A DNA stretch of 64,000 bases from an uncultured Alphaproteobacteria bacterium (GTDB lineage: Bacteria > Pseudomonadota > Alphaproteobacteria > Rhizobiales > Xanthobacteraceae): NCBI GenBank assembly GCA_963702695.1, contig CAVPDS010000008.1, forward strand, positions 85,979 through 149,978, written 5' to 3'. Both the position numbers and the translations under genes were made by a program. Position 1 is the stretch's first letter; each line of letters begins with the position of its first letter. Below are positions 34,881 to 44,350 of the stretch, in pieces. The notes beneath the pieces were generated by a model. The model was not told where the DNA came from and searched no databases. It saw only the letters and a program-made list of their open reading frames with translations.

Positions 34881-35579
34881 TCAGGGAACGTTGGCGGGCG
34901 GGGACGATGTCAACTGGATGGGAAGGCCCAGGTTCTTGAAGGCCGCGTTCATGAACCCGGCAACCTGGATCTGGCAGTTCGAATCTTCGGAGACGTGCTT
35001 CCAGCCCACGCCGCCCATGGCTCCGTGCGATCCCAAGAAGTAAGACTGCTTGCATTCACCCGATCCGGCATACTTGGATGCCGTGGTTCCGAAGAAAACC
35101 CGCATCGGATTGTGGGCTACCAGGTGCCACACCGGTCCGATCGTGTGATCGTATTTCGCAACCATTGAAGGATCGAGTTTGCGCCGCGCGATGAAGACCG
35201 CGTTGACGTTGTCTGGAACGACCACGCCGCCGTGGGACAGGTGCCGCGCCACCGGGTCAAACAGAAATAGCGCGTCGACTTTGACGTTCTGCCGCTTGAG
35301 GACCTCCGCGGTCATGATCGCGGCCGAACCGCCGCGACTGTAGCCCGCGATCATGATCCGGCCCGCATCGCCATTTCCGGCGTTCAACAGATACTGCGCG
35401 GCACGCTCGCCACGCTCGTTCATCCGGTAGCCGTCGTCTGAAGGGCCGCGCTCATAGCGTGATGCGGCGAACAGTTGGCGATGCATCTGGCTGCAGAACG
35501 AGTTGCGCATCTCCAGCGCGTATTTCGCGTTACTGAAAGGTCCAGTGCCGTCGATGATCGCAAGTTTGATGTCGCTCAC
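34881..35579 (-). CDS. Compact alpha/beta hydrolase, DUF2235/Tle1-like (putative lipase/phospholipase)
   Basis: GTG start with GGGAGGGG 5-6 nt upstream. KLAIIDGTG N-terminus, nucleophile elbow GYSRGG, LFLFDPVA (Asp) and GSHGAMGGVG (His) parallel the DGT / GFSRGA / DTVA / HsdVGGG landmarks of DUF2235. No signal peptide. Visibly less GC3-biased than its neighbours. Confidence 0.5.
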   Translation of the reverse strand: MSDIKLAIIDGTGPFSNAKYALEMRNSFCSQMHRQLFAASRYERGPSDDGYRMNERGERAAQYLLNAGNGDAGRIMIAGYSRGGSAAIMTAEVLKRQNVKVDALFLFDPVARHLSHGGVVVPDNVNAVFIARRKLDPSMVAKYDHTIGPVWHLVAHNPMRVFFGTTASKYAGSGECKQSYFLGSHGAMGGVGWKHVSEDSNCQIQVAGFMNAAFKNLGLPIQLTSSPPANVP

Positions 35580-35685
35580 GTTGCCCCCCTCCCAAGAGAA
35601 TTCGCCATCGATCGGATGACCGCACGCTCCTCGCCGCCATCCGGCTCGGATGATCGCGAGCGGAGCCGGCGCCGATGATCCGATT

Positions 35686-36816
35686 CTACTGCTCCACTTC
35701 GGTGTAAGTGATCTTCCCGCTCGCGTCCTTCCTCCAGACGTAGACCACGTAGTCGAGGCGGGTGACGTCGCCCTTCTTGTCGTAGCTGATGTCGCCGATC
35801 ACGGTGGAGAATTTCTTGCCGGAATGCATCACCTCGGCGACCTTCTTCGGGTCGAGCGATTTCGCCTCCTCGGCCGCCTGCTTGATGATCTGCACGGCGG
35901 CGTAGCTGTAGAGCGTGTAGGCCTCGGGCTCGAAATTCTTGGCGCGGAACTTCTCCACCACCGCCTTCGCCTCCGGCCGCTTGCGTGGGTCGGGCCCGTA
36001 GGTCATCAGCGTGCCTTCGGCCCCCGGGCCGGCGATGGTCGCGTATTCGTCGGAGGCGATGCCGTCGCCGCCCATCAGCGGGGCGTTGACGCCCTGGTCG
36101 CGCATCTGCCGCACGATCAGGCCGGCCTCGGTGTGCAGCCCGCCCCAATAGACGAGGTCGGCGCCCGAAGCCTTGATCTTCGACACCAGCGCCGAATAGT
36201 CCTTCTCGCCGACGTTGACGCCTTCGTAGAGCACTTCCTGCATGCCCCTGGCATTCATCGCTTTCTTCGTTTCGTCGGCTAGCCCCTGGCCGTAGGTGGT
36301 CTTGTCGTGCACGATCGCGATCTTCTTGCCCTTGAACTTGTCGGCAATGAAATTGCCGGCGACCGCGCCCTGCTGATCGTCGCGCCCGCAGGTGCGGAAG
36401 ATGTTCCACATGTTGCGCTCGGTCACCTGCGGATTGGTCGACGCCGGCGTGATCGCGACGATGTTGTTTTCCTGGTAGACCTCCGAAGCAGGGATGGTGA
36501 CGCCGGAGTTGAAATGCCCGACGACGAATTTTACGCCGTCGCCGACGAATTTGTTCGCGACCGAGACGCCCTGCTTCGGATCGCCGACATCGTCGCCATA
36601 TTCCACGCTGATCTTCTTGCCGAGGATGCCGCCGGCGTCGTTGATGTCCGCGATCGCCTGATCGCTGCCTTGCTTGAGCTGGGCGCCGAACGCCGCATTC
36701 GACCCGGTGATCGGGCCGCCGACGCCGAACTTGATGGTGTCGCCCTGATCCCGCCCGCAGGCGGCCAGAAGCAGGCCAAGGCCGAGACCCAGGCCGACCG
36801 TGACGAGTTTCTTCAT
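35686..36816 (-). CDS. Branched-chain amino acid ABC transporter substrate-binding protein (LivJ/K type)
   Basis: Lipobox-like MKKLVTVGLGLGLGLLLAACG, then a type I PBP (IKFGVGGPITGSNAAFG, VVGHFNSG). ATG at 36814-36816. The upstream track extension is rejected. Confidence 0.85.
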   Translation of the reverse strand: MKKLVTVGLGLGLGLLLAACGRDQGDTIKFGVGGPITGSNAAFGAQLKQGSDQAIADINDAGGILGKKISVEYGDDVGDPKQGVSVANKFVGDGVKFVVGHFNSGVTIPASEVYQENNIVAITPASTNPQVTERNMWNIFRTCGRDDQQGAVAGNFIADKFKGKKIAIVHDKTTYGQGLADETKKAMNARGMQEVLYEGVNVGEKDYSALVSKIKASGADLVYWGGLHTEAGLIVRQMRDQGVNAPLMGGDGIASDEYATIAGPGAEGTLMTYGPDPRKRPEAKAVVEKFRAKNFEPEAYTLYSYAAVQIIKQAAEEAKSLDPKKVAEVMHSGKKFSTVIGDISYDKKGDVTRLDYVVYVWRKDASGKITYTEVEQ

Positions 36817-36940
36817 CGAGATGCTCCCAAGCGAAAGGGGTGAGGGCGGCAGGGCCGGCCGGCCGGCCCCGATTTCGGGCGGATTCAAACCGCAATCGCG
36901 ACAAATGTCACCCCGGCCGCGTCCGTTTGTCCGCATCCCT

Positions 36941-37303
36941 TCAGTTGCTGCGCCGCCGCCAGCCGAAGGCACCGGCGCGCTCATTGATCCATCTGTAGCG
37001 GCTGACCATTTGGATGACCCGCATGCGGCGGAATCCGAGCAAGCCGAAGATCATGCAAACGGCGGTGTCCACAAGATAATAATGCAGGCTCACCAGCCTG
37101 CTCCCGAACAGCGCGAAATGGATGAAGCGCACAGCGAGCGCGAGGATCAGCATGTAGAGCACCACATGCCACCACGGCCGCCAGGTCGAGGCGATGGCCC
37201 GCCCCGCGAGCCAGGCGGCGCTGCCGCCCATCAGCACGGTGACGAGGATGAACACGCCGAGCGAGCGCTCGTCGGAGAGGAATTCGGGGATCGAAAAATG
37301 CAC
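36941..37303 (-). CDS. Small membrane protein embedded in the liv operon (DUF6867-like)
   Basis: 120 aa with 3 predicted TM helices. GTG start at 37301-37303, 1 nt downstream of the livF stop. Sits between livF and the binding-protein gene. Confidence 0.55.
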   Translation of the reverse strand: MHFSIPEFLSDERSLGVFILVTVLMGGSAAWLAGRAIASTWRPWWHVVLYMLILALAVRFIHFALFGSRLVSLHYYLVDTAVCMIFGLLGFRRMRVIQMVSRYRWINERAGAFGWRRRSN

Positions 37304-37304
37304 G

Positions 37305-38027
37305 TCAGTGCCTCCCGCCTTCGAGATAGGCGGCTTTCACCTCGGGACGTTCCAGCAGCTCGCGGCCGCCGCCGGCGAGCGTGATGCGGCCGTTGACCAT
37401 CACGTAGCCGCGGTGCGCGAGCTTGAGCGCGTGGAAGGCGTTCTGCTCCACCAGGAACACGGTGAGTTTCTCGTCCTCGTTGAGCTTCTTGATCGCGGCG
37501 AAAATCTGCCGGGCGACCAGGGGCGCAAGCCCCAGCGAAGGCTCGTCGAGCAGGAGGAGCCGCGGCCGGCTCATCAGCGCGCGCGCGATCGCGAGCATCT
37601 GCTGCTCGCCGCCCGAAAGCGTACCGCCGCGCTGGTGGAGGCGCTCCTTCAGGCGCGGAAACAAGTCGAAGATCCGCGCGAGATCGGCATCGAAATGCGT
37701 CGGGTCGGAGAGCGACGCGCCGATCTGCAGATTTTCGCGCACGGTCATGCGCACGAAGATTCGGCGGCCCTCCGGCGACTGCGCGATCTTGAGCCGCGCG
37801 ATCTCATGGGTCGACAGTTTGGTGATGTTGCGGCCGTCGAACTCGATCACGCCTTCACGGGCGCGCGGATTGCCGCAGATCGTCATCATCAGGGTCGACT
37901 TGCCGGCCCCGTTCGCGCCGATCAGCGCCACGATCTCGCCGGCGCCGACCTCGACGTCGACGCCCTTGAGCGCGGCGATGCTGCCGTAATAGGTGTGCAC
38001 GCCGCGCACGGAGAGAAGCGCGGTCAT
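37305..38027 (-). CDS. livF: Branched-chain amino acid ABC transporter ATP-binding protein LivF
   Basis: Walker A GANGAGKST, signature LSGGEQQML, Walker B LLLLDEPS. Confidence 0.9.
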   Translation of the reverse strand: MTALLSVRGVHTYYGSIAALKGVDVEVGAGEIVALIGANGAGKSTLMMTICGNPRAREGVIEFDGRNITKLSTHEIARLKIAQSPEGRRIFVRMTVRENLQIGASLSDPTHFDADLARIFDLFPRLKERLHQRGGTLSGGEQQMLAIARALMSRPRLLLLDEPSLGLAPLVARQIFAAIKKLNEDEKLTVFLVEQNAFHALKLAHRGYVMVNGRITLAGGGRELLERPEVKAAYLEGGRH

Positions 38028-38039
38028 GGGATGCCTCTC

Positions 38040-38215
38040 CTGCTTTTGTCCACTGCAGGGGGGAGCGTTCCTCTACCGTTTCTCCTTCCCGCTGAAAGGC
38101 GCAGGATCGGGGAGAGGGGGGCGCATAGAACGCGGCGTCGAAGACGGCACCCCCACCCGGCCGCTGCGCCGACCTCCTCCTTGCAGGGGGAGGGTAGGAG
38201 AAGTGCGCATCGCGC
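38040..38215. repeat. G/C-rich repeat element occupying the livG-livF spacer
   Basis: The 190-nt intra-operon spacer has direct repeats tgcaggggggag (38054-38065) and tgcagggggag (38181-38191), with ggggagagggggg in the centre. Confidence 0.5.
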
Positions 38216-38217
38216 GC

Positions 38218-39123
38218 TCACAGCCCGACCTCCGCCTGCACCTGTTCGACCTCTTTGTCTTCGACGCCGAGGTAGGCGGCGATCACTTTCGGGTCGTTGC
38301 GAATGGCGTCGGGCGGGCCGTCGGCGATCTTGACGCCGTGGTCGAGCACGACGATGTGATCGGAAATCTCCATCACCACCGCCATGTCGTGCTCGATCAG
38401 CAGGATCGAGGTGGCGTGGGCGCCGCGGATGTCGCGCAGATATTCGCTGAGTTCGCTGCTTTCGCGCGGATTGAGGCCGGCGGCGGGCTCGTCGAGGCAG
38501 AGCAGCACCGGGTCTGTACACATCGCGCGCGCGATCTCCAGGCGGCGCTGGGCGCCATAGGGAAGCTCGCCCGCCGGATCGTCGGCGCGGTTGGTGAGGC
38601 CGATGCGGTCGAGCCACGCGCGCGCCTTCTCGATCGCGGCGCGCTCGGCGCGCGCATAGACCGGCAGCCCGAGCGCGCCGAGCACACTCAGGCCGGAGGC
38701 GCGCATGAGCGCGTTGTGCTGCGCGACCAGGAGATTTTCCAGCACGGTCATGCCGGAGAACAGGCGGATGTTCTGGAACGTGCGCGCCACGCGGGCCTTC
38801 TGGGTCACCAGATAGTCCGGCATGCGTTCGAGCAGGAACAGCGCGCCGTTCGCGCGCTGGATGCTGCGCACGCCCCGGTCGGTAAGGGCATCGAGGTCGT
38901 CCCACAGAGCGGGATCGCCGAACTGCAGCGCGATGCGGCCCTCGGTTGGCTTGTAGAAGCCGGTGATGCAGTTGAAGACGGTGGTCTTGCCGGCGCCGTT
39001 CGGGCCGATCAGCGCGGTGATCTGCCCTTGCGTCGCCGTGAACGAGAGGTCATTCACGGCGAGCAGGCCGCCGAAGCGCATCGTGAGATGCTCGACCTGC
39101 AGGACCGGCGGGGCAGCCGTCAT
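38218..39123 (-). CDS. livG: Branched-chain amino acid ABC transporter ATP-binding protein LivG
   Basis: [49 protein letters not shown] and [13 protein letters not shown] 39121-39123 overlaps the livM stop (ATGA). The rest of the 684-aa track ORF is an artefact. Confidence 0.9.
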   Translation of the reverse strand: MTAAPPVLQVEHLTMRFGGLLAVNDLSFTATQGQITALIGPNGAGKTTVFNCITGFYKPTEGRIALQFGDPALWDDLDALTDRGVRSIQRANGALFLLERMPDYLVTQKARVARTFQNIRLFSGMTVLENLLVAQHNALMRASGLSVLGALGLPVYARAERAAIEKARAWLDRIGLTNRADDPAGELPYGAQRRLEIARAMCTDPVLLCLDEPAAGLNPRESSELSEYLRDIRGAHATSILLIEHDMAVVMEISDHIVVLDHGVKIADGPPDAIRNDPKVIAAYLGVEDKEVEQVQAEVGL

Positions 39124-40502
39124 CCGTGGCCCTCCCGCACCAGCGCGGCGGAGATGGCCTTGCGCTCCTTCAGCATCACGGAGGGCGAGCGCCCCGTGAT
39201 CAGGCCGCGCGGCTTCCAGATCATGATCAGCACCATGGCGAAGCCGAAAAGCAGCATCCGGTATTGGCTCGGGTCGAAGTCGGCCCCGAATATCTCCTTG
39301 AGGAAATCGAGATCGCGCATGATCTCGGTGCCGCCGATCATCACGACAGCGGCGATCGCGACGCCGAGTTGGCTGCCCATACCGCCGAGCACCACCATGG
39401 CGACGATCACGGCGGACTCCATGAAGGTGAAGCTCTCGGGCGAGATGAAACCTTGCCGGGCGGCGAAAAAGGAGCCGGCGAAGCCCGCGAACATCGCGCC
39501 CATGGCGAAGGCCGACAGCTTGGTCGTGGTGGTGTTGATGCCGAGCGAGCGGCAGGCGATCTCGTCCTCGCGCAGTGCCTCCCAGGCGCGGCCGAGCGGG
39601 AGCCGCCGCAGCCGCAGCGTCACCGCGGCCGTGAGCAGCGCGAGCGCGAGGATGACGTAATAGAGAAACACGGTGCGGTAGATCGGACTGAATTCGAGCC
39701 CGAACCTGGCGGCGAAGCCGTTGTCGCCGGCGGTGAAGGGAATGCCGAAGAACGAGGGGCGCGGCACGCCGGTGATGCCGGCATAGCCGTTGGTCAGCTT
39801 GACCCAGTTGATCAGCACGAGGCGGATGATCTCGCCGAACGCGAGCGTGACGATCGCGAGGTAATCGCCGCGCAGCCGCAGCACCGGAAAGCCGAGCAGG
39901 ATGCCCCAGAACGCCGAGAGGCAGCCGGCGATCGGCAGGAGTATCCAGAACGACAGCCCGAAGGTTTTCGCGAACAGCGCGTAGGAATAGGCCCCGACCG
40001 CATAGAACGCGACATAGCCGAGGTCGAGCAGGCCCGCGAGCCCGACCACGATGTTGAGGCCCCAGCCGAGCATTACGTAGATCAGGATCTGGATGCCGAA
40101 ATTGTCGATCCACTTGGCCGCGCCCTGGAAGCCCGCGAGCGCGAGCGCGAGCGGCGGATAGACGATCACGAAGCCGATCGCGAACGGCGTCGCCCAGCGC
40201 GAGATTTTTTCGCGCAGCGCTGTGGTTCGGGTGCTTTCGCGGCGCGGTGTGAGAGCGCGGCGCTCGCGCCATGGGTCGAGCACCAGCACCTGCAGGAAGC
40301 GTCCGACCGCGATGACCGCGACCAGTGCGGCGAGCAACGGCCAGCGCGTCTCCAGGATCAGCTCATTGCGGATGTTCTGGACGGTCTTGAAGCCCACGAG
40401 CGGGAGGAACAGGCCGAAGGCGAGCAGGCCGGCGAGCGCGGCCGCGCGCAGGGCGGCGGTGACTTCGACACGCGAGGTGGGAGCGGGCGCGTCGGCTTTC
40501 AT
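39120..40502 (-). CDS. livM: Branched-chain amino acid ABC transporter permease LivM
   Basis: 460 aa polytopic permease with N-terminal extension. [15 protein letters not shown] motif. Confidence 0.9.
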   Translation of the reverse strand: MKADAPAPTSRVEVTAALRAAALAGLLAFGLFLPLVGFKTVQNIRNELILETRWPLLAALVAVIAVGRFLQVLVLDPWRERRALTPRRESTRTTALREKISRWATPFAIGFVIVYPPLALALAGFQGAAKWIDNFGIQILIYVMLGWGLNIVVGLAGLLDLGYVAFYAVGAYSYALFAKTFGLSFWILLPIAGCLSAFWGILLGFPVLRLRGDYLAIVTLAFGEIIRLVLINWVKLTNGYAGITGVPRPSFFGIPFTAGDNGFAARFGLEFSPIYRTVFLYYVILALALLTAAVTLRLRRLPLGRAWEALREDEIACRSLGINTTTTKLSAFAMGAMFAGFAGSFFAARQGFISPESFTFMESAVIVAMVVLGGMGSQLGVAIAAVVMIGGTEIMRDLDFLKEIFGADFDPSQYRMLLFGFAMVLIMIWKPRGLITGRSPSVMLKERKAISAALVREGHG

Positions 40503-40636
40503 TCAGAAAGCCCCTGGGGTCGTTGGAGCCGGACGACTGGACTGGCAACCGTTTGGTGGGAGTCCCGCAAAACCTTCTCTGACGTCCCCGCAAAGTCGGG
40601 GACGACCGGATGCACCGCCTGCATTCGGATTCGCTC

Positions 40637-41554
40637 TCACACCTTCTCCACGTCCGGCCGGCCGAGGATTCCCTGCGGCAAAAAGATCATCGTGATGATC
40701 AAGATCGAGAAGGCGGCGACGTCCTTGTAGTCGATCGAGAAATAGGCCGACCACAGCGTCTCGATCAGGCCGATGAGCAAGCCGCCGATCACCGCGCCCG
40801 GGAGCGAGCCGATGCCGCCGAGCACGGCTGCGGTGAACGCCTTCACGCCCGGCGTAAAGCCGTCGGCGAAGCTCACCACGCCGTAATAGGTGAGATACAT
40901 GGTGCCGGCGACGGCGGCGAGCGCGGCGGCGATCACGAAGGTGATCGAGATCGTGCGGTCGACGTCGATGCCGATCAGCGCCGCCATCTTCTGGTCCTGC
41001 TCGCAGGCGCGCTGCGCGCGGCCGAGCGCGGTCTTGCTCACCAGGAACCAGAACGCACCGAGGAGGACGGCGGTCACCACCCAGATCGCGATCTGCTTGT
41101 AGGACACCGTCACGTCGTAGCCGTGGCCCTTCATCACCACGATCACTTCCTTGAACATCGGCGGGATCGACTTGTTGCGCGGCCCCTGCGCGACCTGCAC
41201 GAAGTTGGAGAGGAAGATCGACATGCCGATCGCAGAGATCAGCGGTGCAAGCCGGAACGAGCCGCGCAGCGGCCGGTAGGCGACGCGCTCGATGGTCCAG
41301 TTGACCAGCGACGTGAGGATCATCGCGACCACCAGCACGATCAGCAGCGCCAGCGCGATCGAGCCGATGCCGAGCCAGGAGGTGAGCACCAGGAACGTCA
41401 CCAGCGCGATGAACGCCGATACCATGAACACGTCGCCATGGGCGAAGTTCACCATCCCTATGATGCCGAACACCATCGTGTAGCCGATCGCGATCAGCCC
41501 GTAGATCGAGCCGAGCGTGATCCCGTTGATGAGCTGCTGAATGAAGACTTCCAT
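40637..41554 (-). CDS. livH: Branched-chain amino acid ABC transporter permease LivH
   Basis: MEVFIQQLINGITLGSIYGLIAIGYTMVFGIIGMVNFAHGD. ATG at 41552-41554. The upstream 55 codons of the track ORF are rejected. Confidence 0.9.
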   Translation of the reverse strand: MEVFIQQLINGITLGSIYGLIAIGYTMVFGIIGMVNFAHGDVFMVSAFIALVTFLVLTSWLGIGSIALALLIVLVVAMILTSLVNWTIERVAYRPLRGSFRLAPLISAIGMSIFLSNFVQVAQGPRNKSIPPMFKEVIVVMKGHGYDVTVSYKQIAIWVVTAVLLGAFWFLVSKTALGRAQRACEQDQKMAALIGIDVDRTISITFVIAAALAAVAGTMYLTYYGVVSFADGFTPGVKAFTAAVLGGIGSLPGAVIGGLLIGLIETLWSAYFSIDYKDVAAFSILIITMIFLPQGILGRPDVEKV

Positions 41555-41718
41555 GCCGTCGCCTCGTAGTCCCCCGCGATGCGGCAGCGCAAGCTCTATC
41601 AGGGGCGGGGAGGGCCGGCAACGCGGGCATGGGGTCGCGCCACCGAAAAATGCCCCCTCATTGACACCCGGGCGCTGCGGTGCATTTCCTGGGCCGCGAA
41701 TCGCAGCAGAGGCAGTCA

Positions 41719-43302
41719 ATGAGCGGCCAAAAATCCGAGGACGCGATCGGCGCGCAAGGCCGCCCGTTCACCGGCGCGGAATATCTTGCCAGCCTGCGCG
41801 ACGACCGCGAGGTCTATATCTACGGCGAGCGGGTCAAGGACGTCACCGCGCACCCGGCCTTCCGCAATGCGGCCCGCTCGATCGGGCGCCTCTACGACGC
41901 CCTGCATGATCCCAAGACCAAGGGCATCCTTACCTCTCCGACCGACACCGGTTCCGGCGGTTACACCCACAAGTTCTTCCGCGCCGCGCGCTCGCGCGAC
42001 GAGGTGATCGCGCAGCGCGACGCGATCGCGCAATGGGCGCGCATGACCTACGGCTGGATGGGCCGCACGCCCGACTACAAGGCCTCGCTGATGAATACGC
42101 TCGGGGCCAATCACAAGTTCTACGGCAAGTTCTCCGAGAACGCGCAACGCTGGTACAAGCGCGCGCAGGAGAACGTGCTGTTCATGAACCACGCCATCGT
42201 CAATCCGCCGGTCGATCGCGCCAAGGCCGCCGACCAGGTGAAGGACGTGTTCATCACCATCCAGAAGGAGACCGACGCCGGCATCTATGTGTCGGGGGCC
42301 AAGGTGGTGGCGACCTCGTCGGCGCTCACGCACTACAATTTCCTCGGCCAGAACGCGGCGGTGCCGACCCACGACACCGACCTTGCGGTGATGTTCATCG
42401 CGCCGATGAACGCGCCCGGCGTGAAGCTGTTCTGCCGGACCTCCTACGAGATGATGGCGAGCGTGATGGGCACGCCGTTCGACTATCCGCTGTCCTCGCG
42501 CTTCGACGAGAACGACGCGATCTTCGTGTTCGACAACGCGTTCATCCCGTGGGAGGACGTGCTGCTCCACCGCGATCTCGACAAGCTCAAGATTTTCTTC
42601 CCGCAGTCCGGATTTCTGGCCGGGTACCAGTTCCAGGGCTGCACCCGGCTCGCAGTGAAGCTCGATTTTCTGGTCGGCGTCATCGCCAAGGCGTTGCGCA
42701 CCACCGGAGCCGACGACTTCCGCGGCAACCAGGCGATGCTGGGCGAGATCATCGCCTGGCGCAACCTGTTCTGGGCGCTGACCGACGCGATGGCCGCCAA
42801 TCCCACGCCGTGGGCTGACGGCGCGGTGCTGCCCAACGTGCAATCGGGGTCGAGCTACCGGGTGTTTGCCGGCGAGGCCTATGGGCGGGTGAAGGAGATC
42901 GTGGAGAAGATCATCGCTTCGGCGCTCATTTATTTACCGTCCTCCGCCAAGGATTTCGACAATCCGGAGATCGACCGCTATCTCAAGAAATACGTGCGTG
43001 GCTCGCACGGCATCGGCTACCGCGAGCGCATCAAGGTGATGAAGCTCCTGTGGGATGCGATCGGCACCGAGTTCGGCGGGCGGCACGAGCTTTATGAGAT
43101 GAACTATGCCGGCAACCACGAGGACATCCGCATCCAGGCGCTCTGGAACGCACGCGGCTCCGGCACGCTCGATGCGATGATCGGCCTCGCGGACCAGTGT
43201 CTGTCTGAATATGACGAGAACGGTTGGGTCGGCGAAACGTGGCTTGATCCCGACGATGTGGCGTATCCGGGCATCGCCGGCGCCAAGCGCGCGGCGGAGT
43301 AG
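41719..43302 (+). CDS. hpaB: 4-hydroxyphenylacetate 3-monooxygenase oxygenase component family protein
   Basis: 527 aa. FTGAEYLASLRDDREVYIYGERVKDVT N-terminus and an HpaB-family C-terminal tail. Divergent from the liv operon. Confidence 0.85.
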   Translation: MSGQKSEDAIGAQGRPFTGAEYLASLRDDREVYIYGERVKDVTAHPAFRNAARSIGRLYDALHDPKTKGILTSPTDTGSGGYTHKFFRAARSRDEVIAQRDAIAQWARMTYGWMGRTPDYKASLMNTLGANHKFYGKFSENAQRWYKRAQENVLFMNHAIVNPPVDRAKAADQVKDVFITIQKETDAGIYVSGAKVVATSSALTHYNFLGQNAAVPTHDTDLAVMFIAPMNAPGVKLFCRTSYEMMASVMGTPFDYPLSSRFDENDAIFVFDNAFIPWEDVLLHRDLDKLKIFFPQSGFLAGYQFQGCTRLAVKLDFLVGVIAKALRTTGADDFRGNQAMLGEIIAWRNLFWALTDAMAANPTPWADGAVLPNVQSGSSYRVFAGEAYGRVKEIVEKIIASALIYLPSSAKDFDNPEIDRYLKKYVRGSHGIGYRERIKVMKLLWDAIGTEFGGRHELYEMNYAGNHEDIRIQALWNARGSGTLDAMIGLADQCLSEYDENGWVGETWLDPDDVAYPGIAGAKRAAE

Positions 43303-43320
43303 GATGCCAGGGCCAAGCCT

Positions 43321-43875
43321 ATGAGCTGGATCGACCAACGCCCCGACGATGCGATGGACGGCGCCTTTACGGTGGTCGGGCCGGAGACGGTGCGCACCGT
43401 CGAGGTCGGGCCGTTCCGCGAGGCGATGAGCCGGCTTGGCGCAGCCGTGCACGTGGTGACCACCGCCGGACCGGCCGGCAAGACCGGCGCCACCGCGACC
43501 GCGGTGTGCTCGGTGACGGACGCGCCGCCAACGCTGCTGGTCTGTCTCAACCGGCGCAGCCAGACCAACCCGGTCGTGCTCGAGAACGGCGTGTTCTGCG
43601 TGAACACGCTCGGCGACGGTGATGCCGAGATCGCCGATATTTTCGCTGGCCGCACCGGCGTGCAGGGGACCGACCGCTTCGCCAAGGGCGAGTGGACTGT
43701 GCTGGCGACCGGCAGTCCGGTCCTGACCTCGGCGGTGGTGGCGTTCGACTGCCGCATCGTCGAGGTGCGCTCGGTCGGCAGTCACAACGTGTTTTTCGGC
43801 GCGGTCGAAACCGTGCGGCTCGGCCCGGGCGGGCCGGCGCTGGTCTACCATGAGCGCGCCTATAAGCGCGTGTGA
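43321..43875 (+). CDS. Flavin reductase (HpaC-like reductase component)
   Basis: FREAMSRLGAAVHVVTT...TATAVCSVTDAPPTLLVCLNR, a flavin_reduct domain. Lies immediately downstream of hpaB. Confidence 0.8.
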   Translation: MSWIDQRPDDAMDGAFTVVGPETVRTVEVGPFREAMSRLGAAVHVVTTAGPAGKTGATATAVCSVTDAPPTLLVCLNRRSQTNPVVLENGVFCVNTLGDGDAEIADIFAGRTGVQGTDRFAKGEWTVLATGSPVLTSAVVAFDCRIVEVRSVGSHNVFFGAVETVRLGPGGPALVYHERAYKRV

Positions 43876-44036
43876 ACGCCGTTTGGCGGCCCACGGCGTG
43901 CGCGGCTGCGCCGAGATTCAGGCATGACGACGACGCGCGAAAGGGAATTCGCGTGATCTTTCAAAATTATATCGCCGGTATTGGGGAAACTATACGGCGC
44001 CGCCGCGCGTTGCATGGGTTGGGATGGGGGAACCCC

Positions 44037-44297
44037 ATGGAGCAGAGCATGAGTCAGAATCCCAACGAACAGCAGGGCAATCAGCAGCAGCCGGGCCAGC
44101 AGCAACAGGGCAATCAGCCCAAGCCGGGCCAGCAGCAGCCAGGCCAGCAGCAACAGGGCAATCAGCCCAAGCCGGGCCAGCAGCAGCAGGGCGGCGGCCA
44201 GCAGAATCCAGGCCAGCAGTCCCAGCAGCCGGGCCAGGGTGGCCAGCATCAAGGCGGCCAGCAGGGTGGCGGACAGCAGGGTGGGACGAACCGCTAG
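44037..44297 (+). CDS. Small Gln/Gly/Pro-rich low-complexity protein
   Basis: 86 aa, MEQSMSQNPNEQQGNQQQPGQQQQGNQPKPGQQQ..., with an internal duplication of the unit PGQQQQGNQPKPGQQQ (48 nt). GGGGGAA lies 4 nt upstream of ATG 44037, and a terminator hairpin follows. Confidence 0.5.
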   Translation: MEQSMSQNPNEQQGNQQQPGQQQQGNQPKPGQQQPGQQQQGNQPKPGQQQQGGGQQNPGQQSQQPGQGGQHQGGQQGGGQQGGTNR

Positions 44298-44316
44298 ATC
44301 ATTCGGTCGAACTGCA

Positions 44317-44350
44317 ATGGCCCCGTCAGATCGGCGGGGCCATTTGCTGT
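44317..44350 (+). terminator. Intrinsic terminator-like hairpin
   Basis: atggccccg (44317-44325) pairs with cggggccat (44334-44342), followed by TTGCTGT. Confidence 0.5.

Noticed and set aside
39124-40272. N-terminal 383 codons of the 684-aa ORF 38218..40272
   Set aside because: Only the C-terminal 301 aa (from [16 protein letters not shown] at 39123) are LivG. The upstream part is an off-frame overlap of livM with an Arg/Pro-rich nonsense translation.
44060-44260. Nucleotide-level repeats (cagcag / ccgggccagcag) that might be a non-coding satellite or CRISPR-like array
   Set aside because: They lie inside a clean ORF with an RBS, an ATG and a terminator, and they encode a Q/G/P-rich peptide in one consistent frame. 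They are interpreted as a coding low-complexity repeat.
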